Positions 27,954-37,038 of a stretch of 64,000 nt of DNA are shown one piece after another. Source of the DNA: Gemmatimonadaceae bacterium (GTDB taxonomy: Bacteria; Gemmatimonadota; Gemmatimonadetes; Gemmatimonadales; Gemmatimonadaceae). Position 1 is the stretch's first letter. The number at the start of each line of letters is the position of its first letter. The stretch lies in the NCBI GenBank assembly GCA_044224875.1, contig JBGAJQ010000002.1, positions 32,001 through 96,000 on the forward strand. The letters run 5' to 3'. The notes beneath the pieces were generated by a model. It was not told the origin of the DNA. It searched no databases and worked only from the letters and a program-made list of their open reading frames with translations. The translations under genes and the position numbers were made by a program.

Positions 27954-30260
27954 ATGGCTCTGAACCGAAGCCCCCAGCCCAGCACCCCGCGATCCGGCAT
28001 TGCCCGGGACCTCGCGGTGTTTGCTGTCTGCTGCCTCATCGTGGCGGCTCTGGTCTTCGATGCCAAGGGCAGGCGCGCTGGCCGCAACTCGGTCGAGGCA
28101 GCGATCAGTGCAGGAACCCGCTACGCGGACTCCTTGGCCAGCGCTTCGGCCCTCACGCCGGCGGAATCTATCCAAACAAAGGACGCCGTCGCCGCGCTCT
28201 ACTTCGAACGACTTCGTCTTGGCCTGGGCAGTCCATTCCGACTCATCGACCAGTCGCAGCGGGATCCGTTGCTACCCGTCGCCGTGCGGTCGACGATTGG
28301 ACACGCGATTCTCTCGCGAACCGCTGTTGGCGAGGCATACCTCATAGAACCGGCAGCCCTGACGATGCTGGCGCTCTCACCCGACGCCGGGCTGCGTCAG
28401 GCCAAGGCGCATTTGGCCTTGATCGACTCGCTCGTCCGCTCGCATCAGGATCCGCGCGTTGGTGAGCTGACGGTCCGGTTGGCGTATCGTCTCGCCTACG
28501 CAGCCGGGCACGTGTCACGGCGCGCCCCTGAAATCGCGATTCAGGTAGCGTCGCAGAGTCGCGATAGGGTGCTGGCGATTCGGGACGCTCGATCACTGAC
28601 GCGAATGGCGCTCGCGCGCGGGCTTGACGCGTTGCAGCTGCTCGAAGAGTGGCGATCCAAACGCACATTGCTCGTTGAACGTCCGGTTCTCGTTCAACTC
28701 TCTGGTCGCGCCGAGGCCCAGGCGGTGGAGGAGCTGCCGTCGGTTCTGGCTCGCATCGCGGCGATCACGCGACTCGCGCCCGACACGAGTGCCTCTGGTG
28801 GATTCGTCCCGCTCCTGCGCGACGGACTCGCTAGGCGCATGGCCGGGCTCGCGGAGCTGCGTTCTTCTCCTCCCGAGGCACCGATCGCTGTCACGGTCAG
28901 TGGATACGCCGCGTCGATCTCCGGGGGAAGCAAGCCGCAAGAACTCCTCGTCAAGCGGTTTGTCGACGGCTCGCGAAACGAAGAGACACTGGCTGGCGAA
29001 TTCGCCCTGCTGCGGTCACGAATGGAAACGCCGCCCGCAGAAGCCGCGATGGCAGTCCTGACAGCCGGCGTGTCGCTTCGTCCGTACGCGCAGGAACGCG
29101 CGTGGCTCCCTGGCGAGTCGGCGCCAACGGTTTCGGAGCTTCAAACACGCTACGGGTTGGCCAGTATCGAGTTCGATGCCAATGTGCCCACGCGTTGGCG
29201 TCCGTACTACCGTCAGGCATTGGACAACGCGATTTCTGACATGCGTCGCGTTTTTCCCGCGTTCAGCGTTGCGGGGCTCCGTGTGCGGTTTGGCGAGAGT
29301 CCACTCGGCGACCGTGCCCTGGCCATGCACGATCCAGTCTCACGAACCGTCTATTTCCCGGTCACCAGTGGCGCGGGTGTGATGGCGCATGAGTTTGCGC
29401 ACGACCTCGACTGGCAAGCGGCACGGCGCCGGTACGGCGCAACGGTCGGCTATCGCACGGATCGCGCCGTTCGGCAGCAATCGGATTGGTTGGCCGGGGC
29501 GGTCCGGCGAATGGCGAGCGCCGAGCGAAGCCGCAGGGACACCGGGAACGAGGTGGACATCGAGCGGCCCACGGAGGTCTTTGCCCGGAACGTCGACTGG
29601 TTCGTGAGTGCGGCGTTGGCGCGCGACGCCCGCATGAATGGGTGGCTTTCGGCCGCTCAGGATCCGGTGTTGACCGGCTATGCTTCAGCTGCAACGCCAG
29701 AGGCTGCCCGTGATGGTGGCGAGGCGACATTGCGAGCGCTCGATGGTATCTCGGCCCCAGGTCCAAAACTGCGCGCGTGGTTCGATGATCTGTTCGGCGC
29801 CGGTCGCAAGGTCAGCGTGCATGAGTCCGTGCGTCGGGTGTTGGAGGTGCCGATCAACGCCGGCGAGTTGCGCCGCGAACCATCACAGTTCATCGGCCTG
29901 GACGCAGCGGCTGCCCAGCTACGGGCCGTGCCCCAGACGGGGTCGGCGTGGTCGTGCTTTCTGGACGTGCTCGCCGGCCGCAACGCCGACCGGGCCGCCG
30001 CACGCGCCGTCGCACAATATGCGGCAGAATCCCGCGCCCGCGGGATCGTCCAGCGGTGGGCCACCTTGAGTGCTGGTGCCGGCGAACGCGCCCCGTGGCG
30101 GATGCGTGCGCTGACCGGAGGACCATGGGCCCCGGCCGGCCGCGATCAGCTGACGCAGCAATTGCGCGACGCGATCCTGTGGCACGCGTTGCGAGACCCC
30201 GGCCCGTCCGACGTCCTCGCACGCGCTATTCGCACGCCAGACGCCGACTGTAGTCGTTAG
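27954..30260 (+). CDS. Large exported protein with a zincin-like HExxH domain
   Basis: N-terminal TM/signal; VMAHEFAHDLD and PTEVFAR motifs. Confidence 0.7.
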   Translation: MALNRSPQPSTPRSGIARDLAVFAVCCLIVAALVFDAKGRRAGRNSVEAAISAGTRYADSLASASALTPAESIQTKDAVAALYFERLRLGLGSPFRLIDQSQRDPLLPVAVRSTIGHAILSRTAVGEAYLIEPAALTMLALSPDAGLRQAKAHLALIDSLVRSHQDPRVGELTVRLAYRLAYAAGHVSRRAPEIAIQVASQSRDRVLAIRDARSLTRMALARGLDALQLLEEWRSKRTLLVERPVLVQLSGRAEAQAVEELPSVLARIAAITRLAPDTSASGGFVPLLRDGLARRMAGLAELRSSPPEAPIAVTVSGYAASISGGSKPQELLVKRFVDGSRNEETLAGEFALLRSRMETPPAEAAMAVLTAGVSLRPYAQERAWLPGESAPTVSELQTRYGLASIEFDANVPTRWRPYYRQALDNAISDMRRVFPAFSVAGLRVRFGESPLGDRALAMHDPVSRTVYFPVTSGAGVMAHEFAHDLDWQAARRRYGATVGYRTDRAVRQQSDWLAGAVRRMASAERSRRDTGNEVDIERPTEVFARNVDWFVSAALARDARMNGWLSAAQDPVLTGYASAATPEAARDGGEATLRALDGISAPGPKLRAWFDDLFGAGRKVSVHESVRRVLEVPINAGELRREPSQFIGLDAAAAQLRAVPQTGSAWSCFLDVLAGRNADRAAARAVAQYAAESRARGIVQRWATLSAGAGERAPWRMRALTGGPWAPAGRDQLTQQLRDAILWHALRDPGPSDVLARAIRTPDADCSR

Positions 30261-31375
30261 GCCTTCTCGCTCGGCGACGCCGGACTCGAATCCGCTGCGC
30301 CCGCGGCCGCGGCCGTCGTAGCGTCGACCGCCGCGCCGTGAACCACCACGCGCCGCGTTGGGAAGGCGAAGGCAATGCCTTCGTCACTCAGACCGCGGAT
30401 GATCCCAAGGTTCACCGCTTGGCGCGTGTCCATCGCCACGTTGTAATCCGGCGTGTCCACCCAATACACCGTCTCGAACTCCAGCCCCGATTCCCCAATC
30501 TGGTAGAAGTGCGATCGATCGAAGCGAGCCGTGGGGATGTGCTGAATGATGTCGCGAAGGATCCCCGGGATTCGCTCGACCACGTCAGGTGGCGTATCGA
30601 GAGAGATGCTAAGCGTGATCACCACGCGGCGCTGCTGCAGCAGCGTCATGTTCCTCACGCGACTCTTCAGGAGGTCCGTGTTCGAGAAGATGACGAGCTC
30701 GCCGGACAGCGCGCGCACGCGCGTCGTCTTGAGCCCGACCTTCTCGACCGTTCCGTTCAACGCATCTACGGCGATGCTATCGCCCACCACGAATGGCTTG
30801 TCGACGACTATGGAAAGTGCGGCGAAGAGGTCACCCAGGATGTTCTGTACGGCAAGGGCGACGGCGACGCCAGTGATACCCAGTCCCGTGACGAGTGTGG
30901 TGACGTTGATGCCGAGGTTCTGCAGCGCCACGAGGCCCAGCACGAGCCAGAGGGCAAAACGCGCCAGTGCGCCAAACGCGGCAATGGTCGTGGCGCTGGA
31001 TCGGTCCTGACCTCGCTTGACCGCCCACTCGTGCAGCCAGTACGCGATGAGCCCGTTGCCCCACACGGATGCCTGGAGCACGAGGGCGATGATCGACAGG
31101 TATCGCGCGCCTTCACGAACGCGATCCGGGACATCGAGGGCCTGAAGGGCCGCAACGAGTGAAACAACGACGATGAAGTAAGCGCGAGTGCGACGCAGCA
31201 AGTCGACCGCGACGTCATCGGCATCCGTATCCGTCCTCTTTGCCAAGTCCGCCAATCGCTGTGTAACAACGCGTCGAATCGTAAAAAGGACGACCGCGAC
31301 CACGGCGAAGATCGCGCCGGCGAGAAGCCACGTTCTCGCGGAGTTGCCGAGGAAGACAGCGTCGAGAGGGTCCAT
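30257..31375 (-). CDS. MscS family mechanosensitive channel
   Basis: LGITGVAVALAVQNILGD, DKPFVVGD, GTVEKVGLKTT, FAFPT. Confidence 0.9.
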   Translation of the reverse strand: MDPLDAVFLGNSARTWLLAGAIFAVVAVVLFTIRRVVTQRLADLAKRTDTDADDVAVDLLRRTRAYFIVVVSLVAALQALDVPDRVREGARYLSIIALVLQASVWGNGLIAYWLHEWAVKRGQDRSSATTIAAFGALARFALWLVLGLVALQNLGINVTTLVTGLGITGVAVALAVQNILGDLFAALSIVVDKPFVVGDSIAVDALNGTVEKVGLKTTRVRALSGELVIFSNTDLLKSRVRNMTLLQQRRVVITLSISLDTPPDVVERIPGILRDIIQHIPTARFDRSHFYQIGESGLEFETVYWVDTPDYNVAMDTRQAVNLGIIRGLSDEGIAFAFPTRRVVVHGAAVDATTAAAAGAADSSPASPSEKA

Positions 31376-31523
31376 ACGGTCGAAATGTGGGACTTGGGCG
31401 CCAGCCGACGGAGGTTTGGTTGCCTGGGCAGAACTGTGCGGTATACCCGTCGCAATGTAGCAAGGGTTTCTTCGGGCGAGTCGGCGAGCCGCCGCATAAT
31501 TATTGAAAAGAGATCGAGCTTTC

Positions 31524-31552
31524 TTGACATGCTCCGTGCCGACCCGTAGCGT
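31524..31552 (+). promoter_or_regulatory. Sigma70-type promoter for the susC-like operon
   Basis: TTGACA-N17-TAGCGT with AT-rich upstream tract. Confidence 0.65.
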
Positions 31553-31566
31553 GGCAGTGCCCCCAC

Positions 31567-31604
31567 GCGTAAACGATTGCGCCCTAGCGGCGACCGTGTA
31601 TACA
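31567..31604. promoter_or_regulatory. LacI-like (31567-31582) and GntR-like (31597-31604) operator candidates
   Basis: GCGTAAA-CG-ATTGCGC and TGTATACA palindromes just downstream of the -10 box. Confidence 0.4.
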
Positions 31605-31752
31605 AAACAGTAGACGAAGGAACCCAACGCCTGCTGTGATCGACCTGACGGACGCGGCTTCGACCTCCTGAATCCCCCAGCCACACGATGTGTGGCCCTG
31701 TTGTCTTGCAGTTTCTCCAACCCCACCCCCACCGCTCACTGGAGGAGGCTTC

Positions 31753-34710
31753 ATGGACACGACTCGTTCATCAGGGCGACACATTCGCCGTGTTGGGCGT
31801 CCGATCCTGGCCACCGTTGCGCTGCTGTTGTTAGGCGCCACGGCACAGGCACAGACCGGCGCCATCGCGGGGACGGTGTCGGACGGTACTGGACGCGGAC
31901 TTGGCGCCGTTCGGCTTCAAGTCATCGGTTCGCAGAACTTGGCGACTGGTACCGATGATCGCGGACGCTTTGTGATTCGTGGCGTTCCAGCCGGCGCGCA
32001 CAGTGTGCGTGCCACGCGCCTCGGCTTTCGGCCCGAGACGCAGTCGATCACCGTGCGATCTGGCGACACCACGCGGGTGAATTTCACGCTCGGCGAAAGC
32101 GCGGTGGAATTGTCGCAGGTCGTCGTGACGGGGACGGGGGGCGCGGTGGAAAAACGTCAGGTCGGTGCTTCGATCGGCAACGTGGACGCGTCGAAGCTCA
32201 CAGAGCAGATCGCGGTGCCGGACGTGGGCCGCATGCTGTCGTCCAAGGTCACCGGGCTCCGTGCGACCACCGTTGGTGGTGGTGTGGGCACCGGCCAGGA
32301 CATTCGTATCCGGGGCGTTGCCTCCCTGTCGCTCAGCCAGCGACCGGCGATCTACGTCGATGGCGTACGCGTCGACTCGCGGGCGACCGAGTGGTTCAAT
32401 AGTGGCGCCTGCTGCTCGTTCGGCGGCGGTGCCTCCACGGACCGGCTTGGCGACCTGAACCCCAACGACATCGAGCGCGTCGAGGTCTTGAAGGGTGCCG
32501 CAGCTGCAACGCTGTACGGCTCCGAAGCGACCAACGGCGTCATCCAGATCTTTACCAAGCGCGGTCGCTCCGGCGAGCGGAACACGGAGTGGAACCTCGG
32601 TTTGGCCAGTGGCTATCAGGAGCTACGCCACAACCTGCCAACCACGCAGTTCCCGCGGTTCACCGGTCCGGATGGCACGCGCGCGCTGGATGCCAACGAG
32701 ACCATGATCCAGAAGGGGCCGTACTATGGCATGGACCTCAGTGCGGCGGGCGGCACGCAGCGCAGTACCTACTTCACGTCCACCCAGATCAGCAAGGAAA
32801 CCGGCTCCATCCAGCCGAATGACCAGCTGAAGGGAACATTGCGACTGAATCTCTCCTTCGCGCCAAACGACAAGGTGACGGTGGAGACTCGGTCCGCCTA
32901 TGTGCGCGACCGCATCAACGAAATCCAGGCAGGAAATAACTGGACGGCGCTGTTAGGCAACGCCATCAACGGCGACCCTCGCACGGCCAGCAAGACTCGT
33001 CCGTACGGCGAAGCGTGGGTGCCGGTGAAGGACATCAAGACGATGACCACGCAGTCCGACGTCGACCGTTGGACCGGCGGCTTGACGGTGAACTATTCCA
33101 TGCGTCCCAACCTGACGCAGCGCTTCACCGTCGGCGTGGACGCCGTCAACGATCACAAGAACCGCTTCTTCCCGTACGCAGGCGCCTTTGGTCCGGCCGG
33201 CGTCACCAACGGACAGAAGAACCTCGGCCTGCGCAACTACAAGACGTACACGATCGACTACCTGGCGTCGTACAACTTCAAGCTGCCATTCGGCATCGAG
33301 TCGGCGCTGTCTGCCGGTGGCCAGGGCTTCTGGGATATCGAGAGCCTGTTGTACGGCATCGGCAATACCTTCGCCGGCCCAGGCGTCAACTCGATCAGTT
33401 CAGCTGCAACGACACAGTCGGCGGAAGCCTACACCAAGACGGTGAACCTTGGCTTCCTGGCGCAGGATCGCTTCTCCATCAAGGACCAGCTCTTCATTAC
33501 CGCTGGTATCCGCATCGACGGCAACAGCGCGTTCGGCAAGGACTACGGCTACAAGAAGTATCCGAAGGTCGACGTCTCATATGACATGTCGAAGGGTGGC
33601 TATCTGCCAAAGTTCTTTAGCGCGGCACGCGTGCGCGCGGCGTACGGACAGGCCGGCAAGATGCCCGGTCCATTCGACTCCTTCACGAGCTACGCCTCCA
33701 CGCCCGTCTTCACGAGCGGCATCGGTATCGTCCCCCTGAACCCAGGCAACGCAGACTTGCGTCCGGAGAAGTCGACGGAAACGGAGTTTGGGTTCGAGTT
33801 CGGTGTCCTGAACGACCGGCTTGGCGTCGAAGCCTCGTACTACAGTCAGAAGACGAATGACGCCATCGTGCCAAAGACAAATCCGCCCTCCAGTGGATTT
33901 ACCCAGTCCAGGAGCGTCAACATCGGCGAGATCCAAAACAAGGGCTGGGAAGCGTCGGTGAACTATCAAGTGTACGCGACCTCGCGCACCGACTGGACGA
34001 CCGGGGTGAAGCTGGATGGCAACAAGAACGAGATCACCGATCTCGGTGGCATCAACCTCGGCAACAACAACTTCCGGCTGCACTATCCGGTCGGTGGTGT
34101 GTGGGATCGAAAGCCCACGGGCTTCTCCGTCAAGACGACGGGCACTGACCCGACACTGGGCGACTGCACGAAGCTGTCATATGGATGTCCGACGACAACG
34201 CGATCGGATACGGTCGTCTATTTCGGCCCCGGCCTACCGACGACGAACGCATCCTGGTCCAACCAGGTGCGCTTCCGTCAGTTCACCTTCTACGCGCTCT
34301 TGTCGATGGAACGCGGCGCGTTCTTCGGCAACGGCGACCGTCCGTATCGCATCCGTCAGGGCGGGTCCGACGAGTACCTCAGCCAACTCGGCCCGAACGG
34401 CGAGCGGACCTTCAAGGCGGACTCGATCAAGCAATTTGCCAGCATCCTGAACTACATCGACAAACGGGATAACGTGCGACTGCGCGAAATCTCGCTTGCC
34501 TGGAATGTGCCCGACCGCCTCAGCAGCGCCTTTGGCGTCGGTCGTACGTCGGTCACGCTCTCTGGACAGAACATCATGTGGTGGGACGATTGTCACTGCG
34601 TCGATCCGAACATGAACTGGGCGGGCGCGAGCTCGTTCGGGTTCAACAACGGATTCCTGATGCAGCCGGCCCCGCGGGTCTTCCGCATGCAGATCCGCAC
34701 GCGCTTCTAG
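31753..34710 (+). CDS. SusC/RagA-like TonB-dependent transporter
   Basis: GGAGG RBS; N-terminal CarboxypepD_reg-like domain; DIERVEVLKGAAAATLYGSEATNGVIQIFTK; GNADLRPE; terminal F. Confidence 0.9.
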   Translation: MDTTRSSGRHIRRVGRPILATVALLLLGATAQAQTGAIAGTVSDGTGRGLGAVRLQVIGSQNLATGTDDRGRFVIRGVPAGAHSVRATRLGFRPETQSITVRSGDTTRVNFTLGESAVELSQVVVTGTGGAVEKRQVGASIGNVDASKLTEQIAVPDVGRMLSSKVTGLRATTVGGGVGTGQDIRIRGVASLSLSQRPAIYVDGVRVDSRATEWFNSGACCSFGGGASTDRLGDLNPNDIERVEVLKGAAAATLYGSEATNGVIQIFTKRGRSGERNTEWNLGLASGYQELRHNLPTTQFPRFTGPDGTRALDANETMIQKGPYYGMDLSAAGGTQRSTYFTSTQISKETGSIQPNDQLKGTLRLNLSFAPNDKVTVETRSAYVRDRINEIQAGNNWTALLGNAINGDPRTASKTRPYGEAWVPVKDIKTMTTQSDVDRWTGGLTVNYSMRPNLTQRFTVGVDAVNDHKNRFFPYAGAFGPAGVTNGQKNLGLRNYKTYTIDYLASYNFKLPFGIESALSAGGQGFWDIESLLYGIGNTFAGPGVNSISSAATTQSAEAYTKTVNLGFLAQDRFSIKDQLFITAGIRIDGNSAFGKDYGYKKYPKVDVSYDMSKGGYLPKFFSAARVRAAYGQAGKMPGPFDSFTSYASTPVFTSGIGIVPLNPGNADLRPEKSTETEFGFEFGVLNDRLGVEASYYSQKTNDAIVPKTNPPSSGFTQSRSVNIGEIQNKGWEASVNYQVYATSRTDWTTGVKLDGNKNEITDLGGINLGNNNFRLHYPVGGVWDRKPTGFSVKTTGTDPTLGDCTKLSYGCPTTTRSDTVVYFGPGLPTTNASWSNQVRFRQFTFYALLSMERGAFFGNGDRPYRIRQGGSDEYLSQLGPNGERTFKADSIKQFASILNYIDKRDNVRLREISLAWNVPDRLSSAFGVGRTSVTLSGQNIMWWDDCHCVDPNMNWAGASSFGFNNGFLMQPAPRVFRMQIRTRF

Positions 34711-34733
34711 CCACTCGCCTACCTCAACTCGAG

Positions 34734-36104
34734 ATGACCAACATGAATCTCAATCACCCAATGCCTCGACGAGTGGCAACCCACCTGGGCGCCGCTGCGT
34801 TGCTGCTGGCGGCCGTGGCTTGCAACGGCGTCCTGGACGTCCCCAACCCGCAGGCCTTTGGCGATGACGCGCTGAACAACGCGATCATCCTCAAGACCGT
34901 GACGGATGGTGCGGAGGGCGTGCTGCACCAGGGATACGACGACATGATCGTCGTATCCGAACTTCTCAGCGACGAGATGGAATCGTCATCGACGTGGATC
35001 GACTGGGAGGACATTTCCGAGGGCCGCGTGCGACATGACTGGGCAACCGCGGGTTCGTTCTCAGATCCCCAGAACCAGCTGTTGCGCGCGCGCTTTGCCG
35101 CGCAGAGTGCGAAGGAACGTGTGGACAAGGTGCTTGGCGCCGGGGCGGCAACCAGCCCGCTACGCGCCCAGGTGCTCATGGTGGACGCACTGGCCGACCT
35201 GCTGATTGGTATGGGATGGTGCGAAGGGCCGCTGACTTCGAATGCGGCACGGTCACCGGACACTGAGTTCTTCAAGCAGGCGGTCACGAAGTTCACGACA
35301 GCGCTAACCGCCGCTCAAGCTCTCACCGATGCGGCGGCGAAGACCAAATGGACGGACGTCGCCTACGCGGGACGCGCCCGAGCGAACCTGTTGGCCGGAA
35401 ACTACGCAGCCGCGAATTCCGACGCGCAGGCCGTGTCGGCAGCGTTCGTGTACAACGCCGTCTACTCGGAAGGCGCCGCCGCCACGCAGAGCATTACGGG
35501 CAACCAGTTCCACCAGAACCGCAACCGCTCAGGCACGCTGCGTCGCATGTATCACGCGCGCGTCCATGAGGTGGATCCGGGTGGCACCGGCGAGGCCTAC
35601 CTGCGCGACTGGTTCGACAATACGAAGGACGACAAGCGCATGGCTGTCACGCGCAAGACCGGCCAGCTGGGTGTGAACAACCGCTTCGCGTACTACGGCA
35701 TCGCCAAGTATTCGGACCGCGGCGCCGCCATTCGTATGCTATCGAAGACCGAGATGACGTTGATCCAGGCCGAGGTGGCGATGCGGAACAATGATTTTGC
35801 CACGGAAGCCACGCTTCTGAACTCGCTGCGTACGCGTGCCGGCATCGCGCTGCCCGCGATGACCGTACCGGCGAACGCCGCGGACGCTCAAAAGGCACTC
35901 TTGAACGAACGCATGGCCGAGTTGTTCGTGGAAGGCCATCGGCTGCAGGACCTGGCTCGCTTTGGTATCACGAAGGCGACCTTTGATGCCGGCGGTGCCA
36001 CGGGTTCGGCGCGCGCGACGAAGCTTCCGTTGTCGCGTACGGAGATCCTGAATAACACGAACATGAAGGATGGCAATGGCTCGTGCCCGAACGTCACGCC
36101 GTAG
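34734..36104 (+). CDS. SusD/RagB-like lipoprotein
   Basis: Lipobox AVAC; LIQAE, LNSLRTRAG, ERMAELFVEGHRLQDLAR. Confidence 0.85.
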   Translation: MTNMNLNHPMPRRVATHLGAAALLLAAVACNGVLDVPNPQAFGDDALNNAIILKTVTDGAEGVLHQGYDDMIVVSELLSDEMESSSTWIDWEDISEGRVRHDWATAGSFSDPQNQLLRARFAAQSAKERVDKVLGAGAATSPLRAQVLMVDALADLLIGMGWCEGPLTSNAARSPDTEFFKQAVTKFTTALTAAQALTDAAAKTKWTDVAYAGRARANLLAGNYAAANSDAQAVSAAFVYNAVYSEGAAATQSITGNQFHQNRNRSGTLRRMYHARVHEVDPGGTGEAYLRDWFDNTKDDKRMAVTRKTGQLGVNNRFAYYGIAKYSDRGAAIRMLSKTEMTLIQAEVAMRNNDFATEATLLNSLRTRAGIALPAMTVPANAADAQKALLNERMAELFVEGHRLQDLARFGITKATFDAGGATGSARATKLPLSRTEILNNTNMKDGNGSCPNVTP

Positions 36105-36138
36105 TTCGGGAGGTGGGTTGGCCGTCAGCATGAACGGA

Positions 36139-36168
36139 CGGGGCGAGCCAGTGCATCGGCTCGCCCCG
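36139..36168 (+). terminator. Stem-loop after susD (terminator or mRNA stabiliser)
   Basis: CGGGGCGAGCC...GGCTCGCCCCG 11-bp stem, weak U tract. Confidence 0.5.
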
Positions 36169-36226
36169 GCTTGCCCTTAGCCCGGAGCGCCTATCGATGT
36201 GTTGGGTGTCAGCGAAAGGTCCGCAC

Positions 36227-36925
36227 GTGCACGATGTGGTTGTCAGGTCGCGAAGAGAGTTCGTGGCCAACGCGGTCACCACGGCGGGCGGCCTGTTGGT
36301 GGCCAGTTCGGTGTTGGCGTGTGGCGGAGGCGACGGCGGGACGCCGGTGACTCCGCCGCAAGTCGGAGAGATCAGTGGCTTGGTCAGCGACACCGGGGGA
36401 GCCGCACAGCCAGGACTTGGCTCCCTGATCCTGATGTACAACGACGGACGCCACACGGGTGATCGGGCTGCGCCCGATGCCAACGGGCGGTTTCGATTTA
36501 CGAATGTTGCACCTGGAAACTACCAGCTTCGCTTTCACGCGCCTGGGTTGGCCATTGTGCCGGAACCATTCCCCCACCCATTGCGATTCTCGGTGGAGGC
36601 CGGAAAGACGACCGATGTGCCGGTACGCATCAAGCTCGGCAACTACAACTCCAATCTGGTCGAAATTTACTCTGGTGATGACTTCTTTCAGCTTCAACCC
36701 GATGGGCAGGAGGGCGGGGAGACCGTCGTGAAGCTCGGGACGCTCGTGTGCTGGTACAACGTCGGGACGTCCGTGCACACGGTAACGGGTGGGCCCTGGG
36801 TGGACTCCGGTGATTTGCAGAAGTCGCAAGCGTACATCTGGACGGCAAGCGAGACGGGGTTGTTTGCCTTCTCATGCAAGTACCATCAGCCGGGGCAGCG
36901 TGGAACGTTGCGGGTGACGACGTAG
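36227..36925 (+). CDS. Tat-exported lipoprotein: CarboxypepD_reg-like domain plus cupredoxin domain
   Basis: SRREFV twin-arginine motif, lipobox VLAC; HTVT...DSG...CKYHQPGQRG. Confidence 0.75.
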   Translation: MHDVVVRSRREFVANAVTTAGGLLVASSVLACGGGDGGTPVTPPQVGEISGLVSDTGGAAQPGLGSLILMYNDGRHTGDRAAPDANGRFRFTNVAPGNYQLRFHAPGLAIVPEPFPHPLRFSVEAGKTTDVPVRIKLGNYNSNLVEIYSGDDFFQLQPDGQEGGETVVKLGTLVCWYNVGTSVHTVTGGPWVDSGDLQKSQAYIWTASETGLFAFSCKYHQPGQRGTLRVTT

Positions 36926-37038
36926 CGTCGCGGAGCACACAGCACCGCACCGGCTTGTTGCGTAGCACAGCTGGTTTGCATCGCTCACTGGGCGATTGTC
37001 GGTATTGTCGGTCGAATTCCCTCACTTGGAGACCCGCC

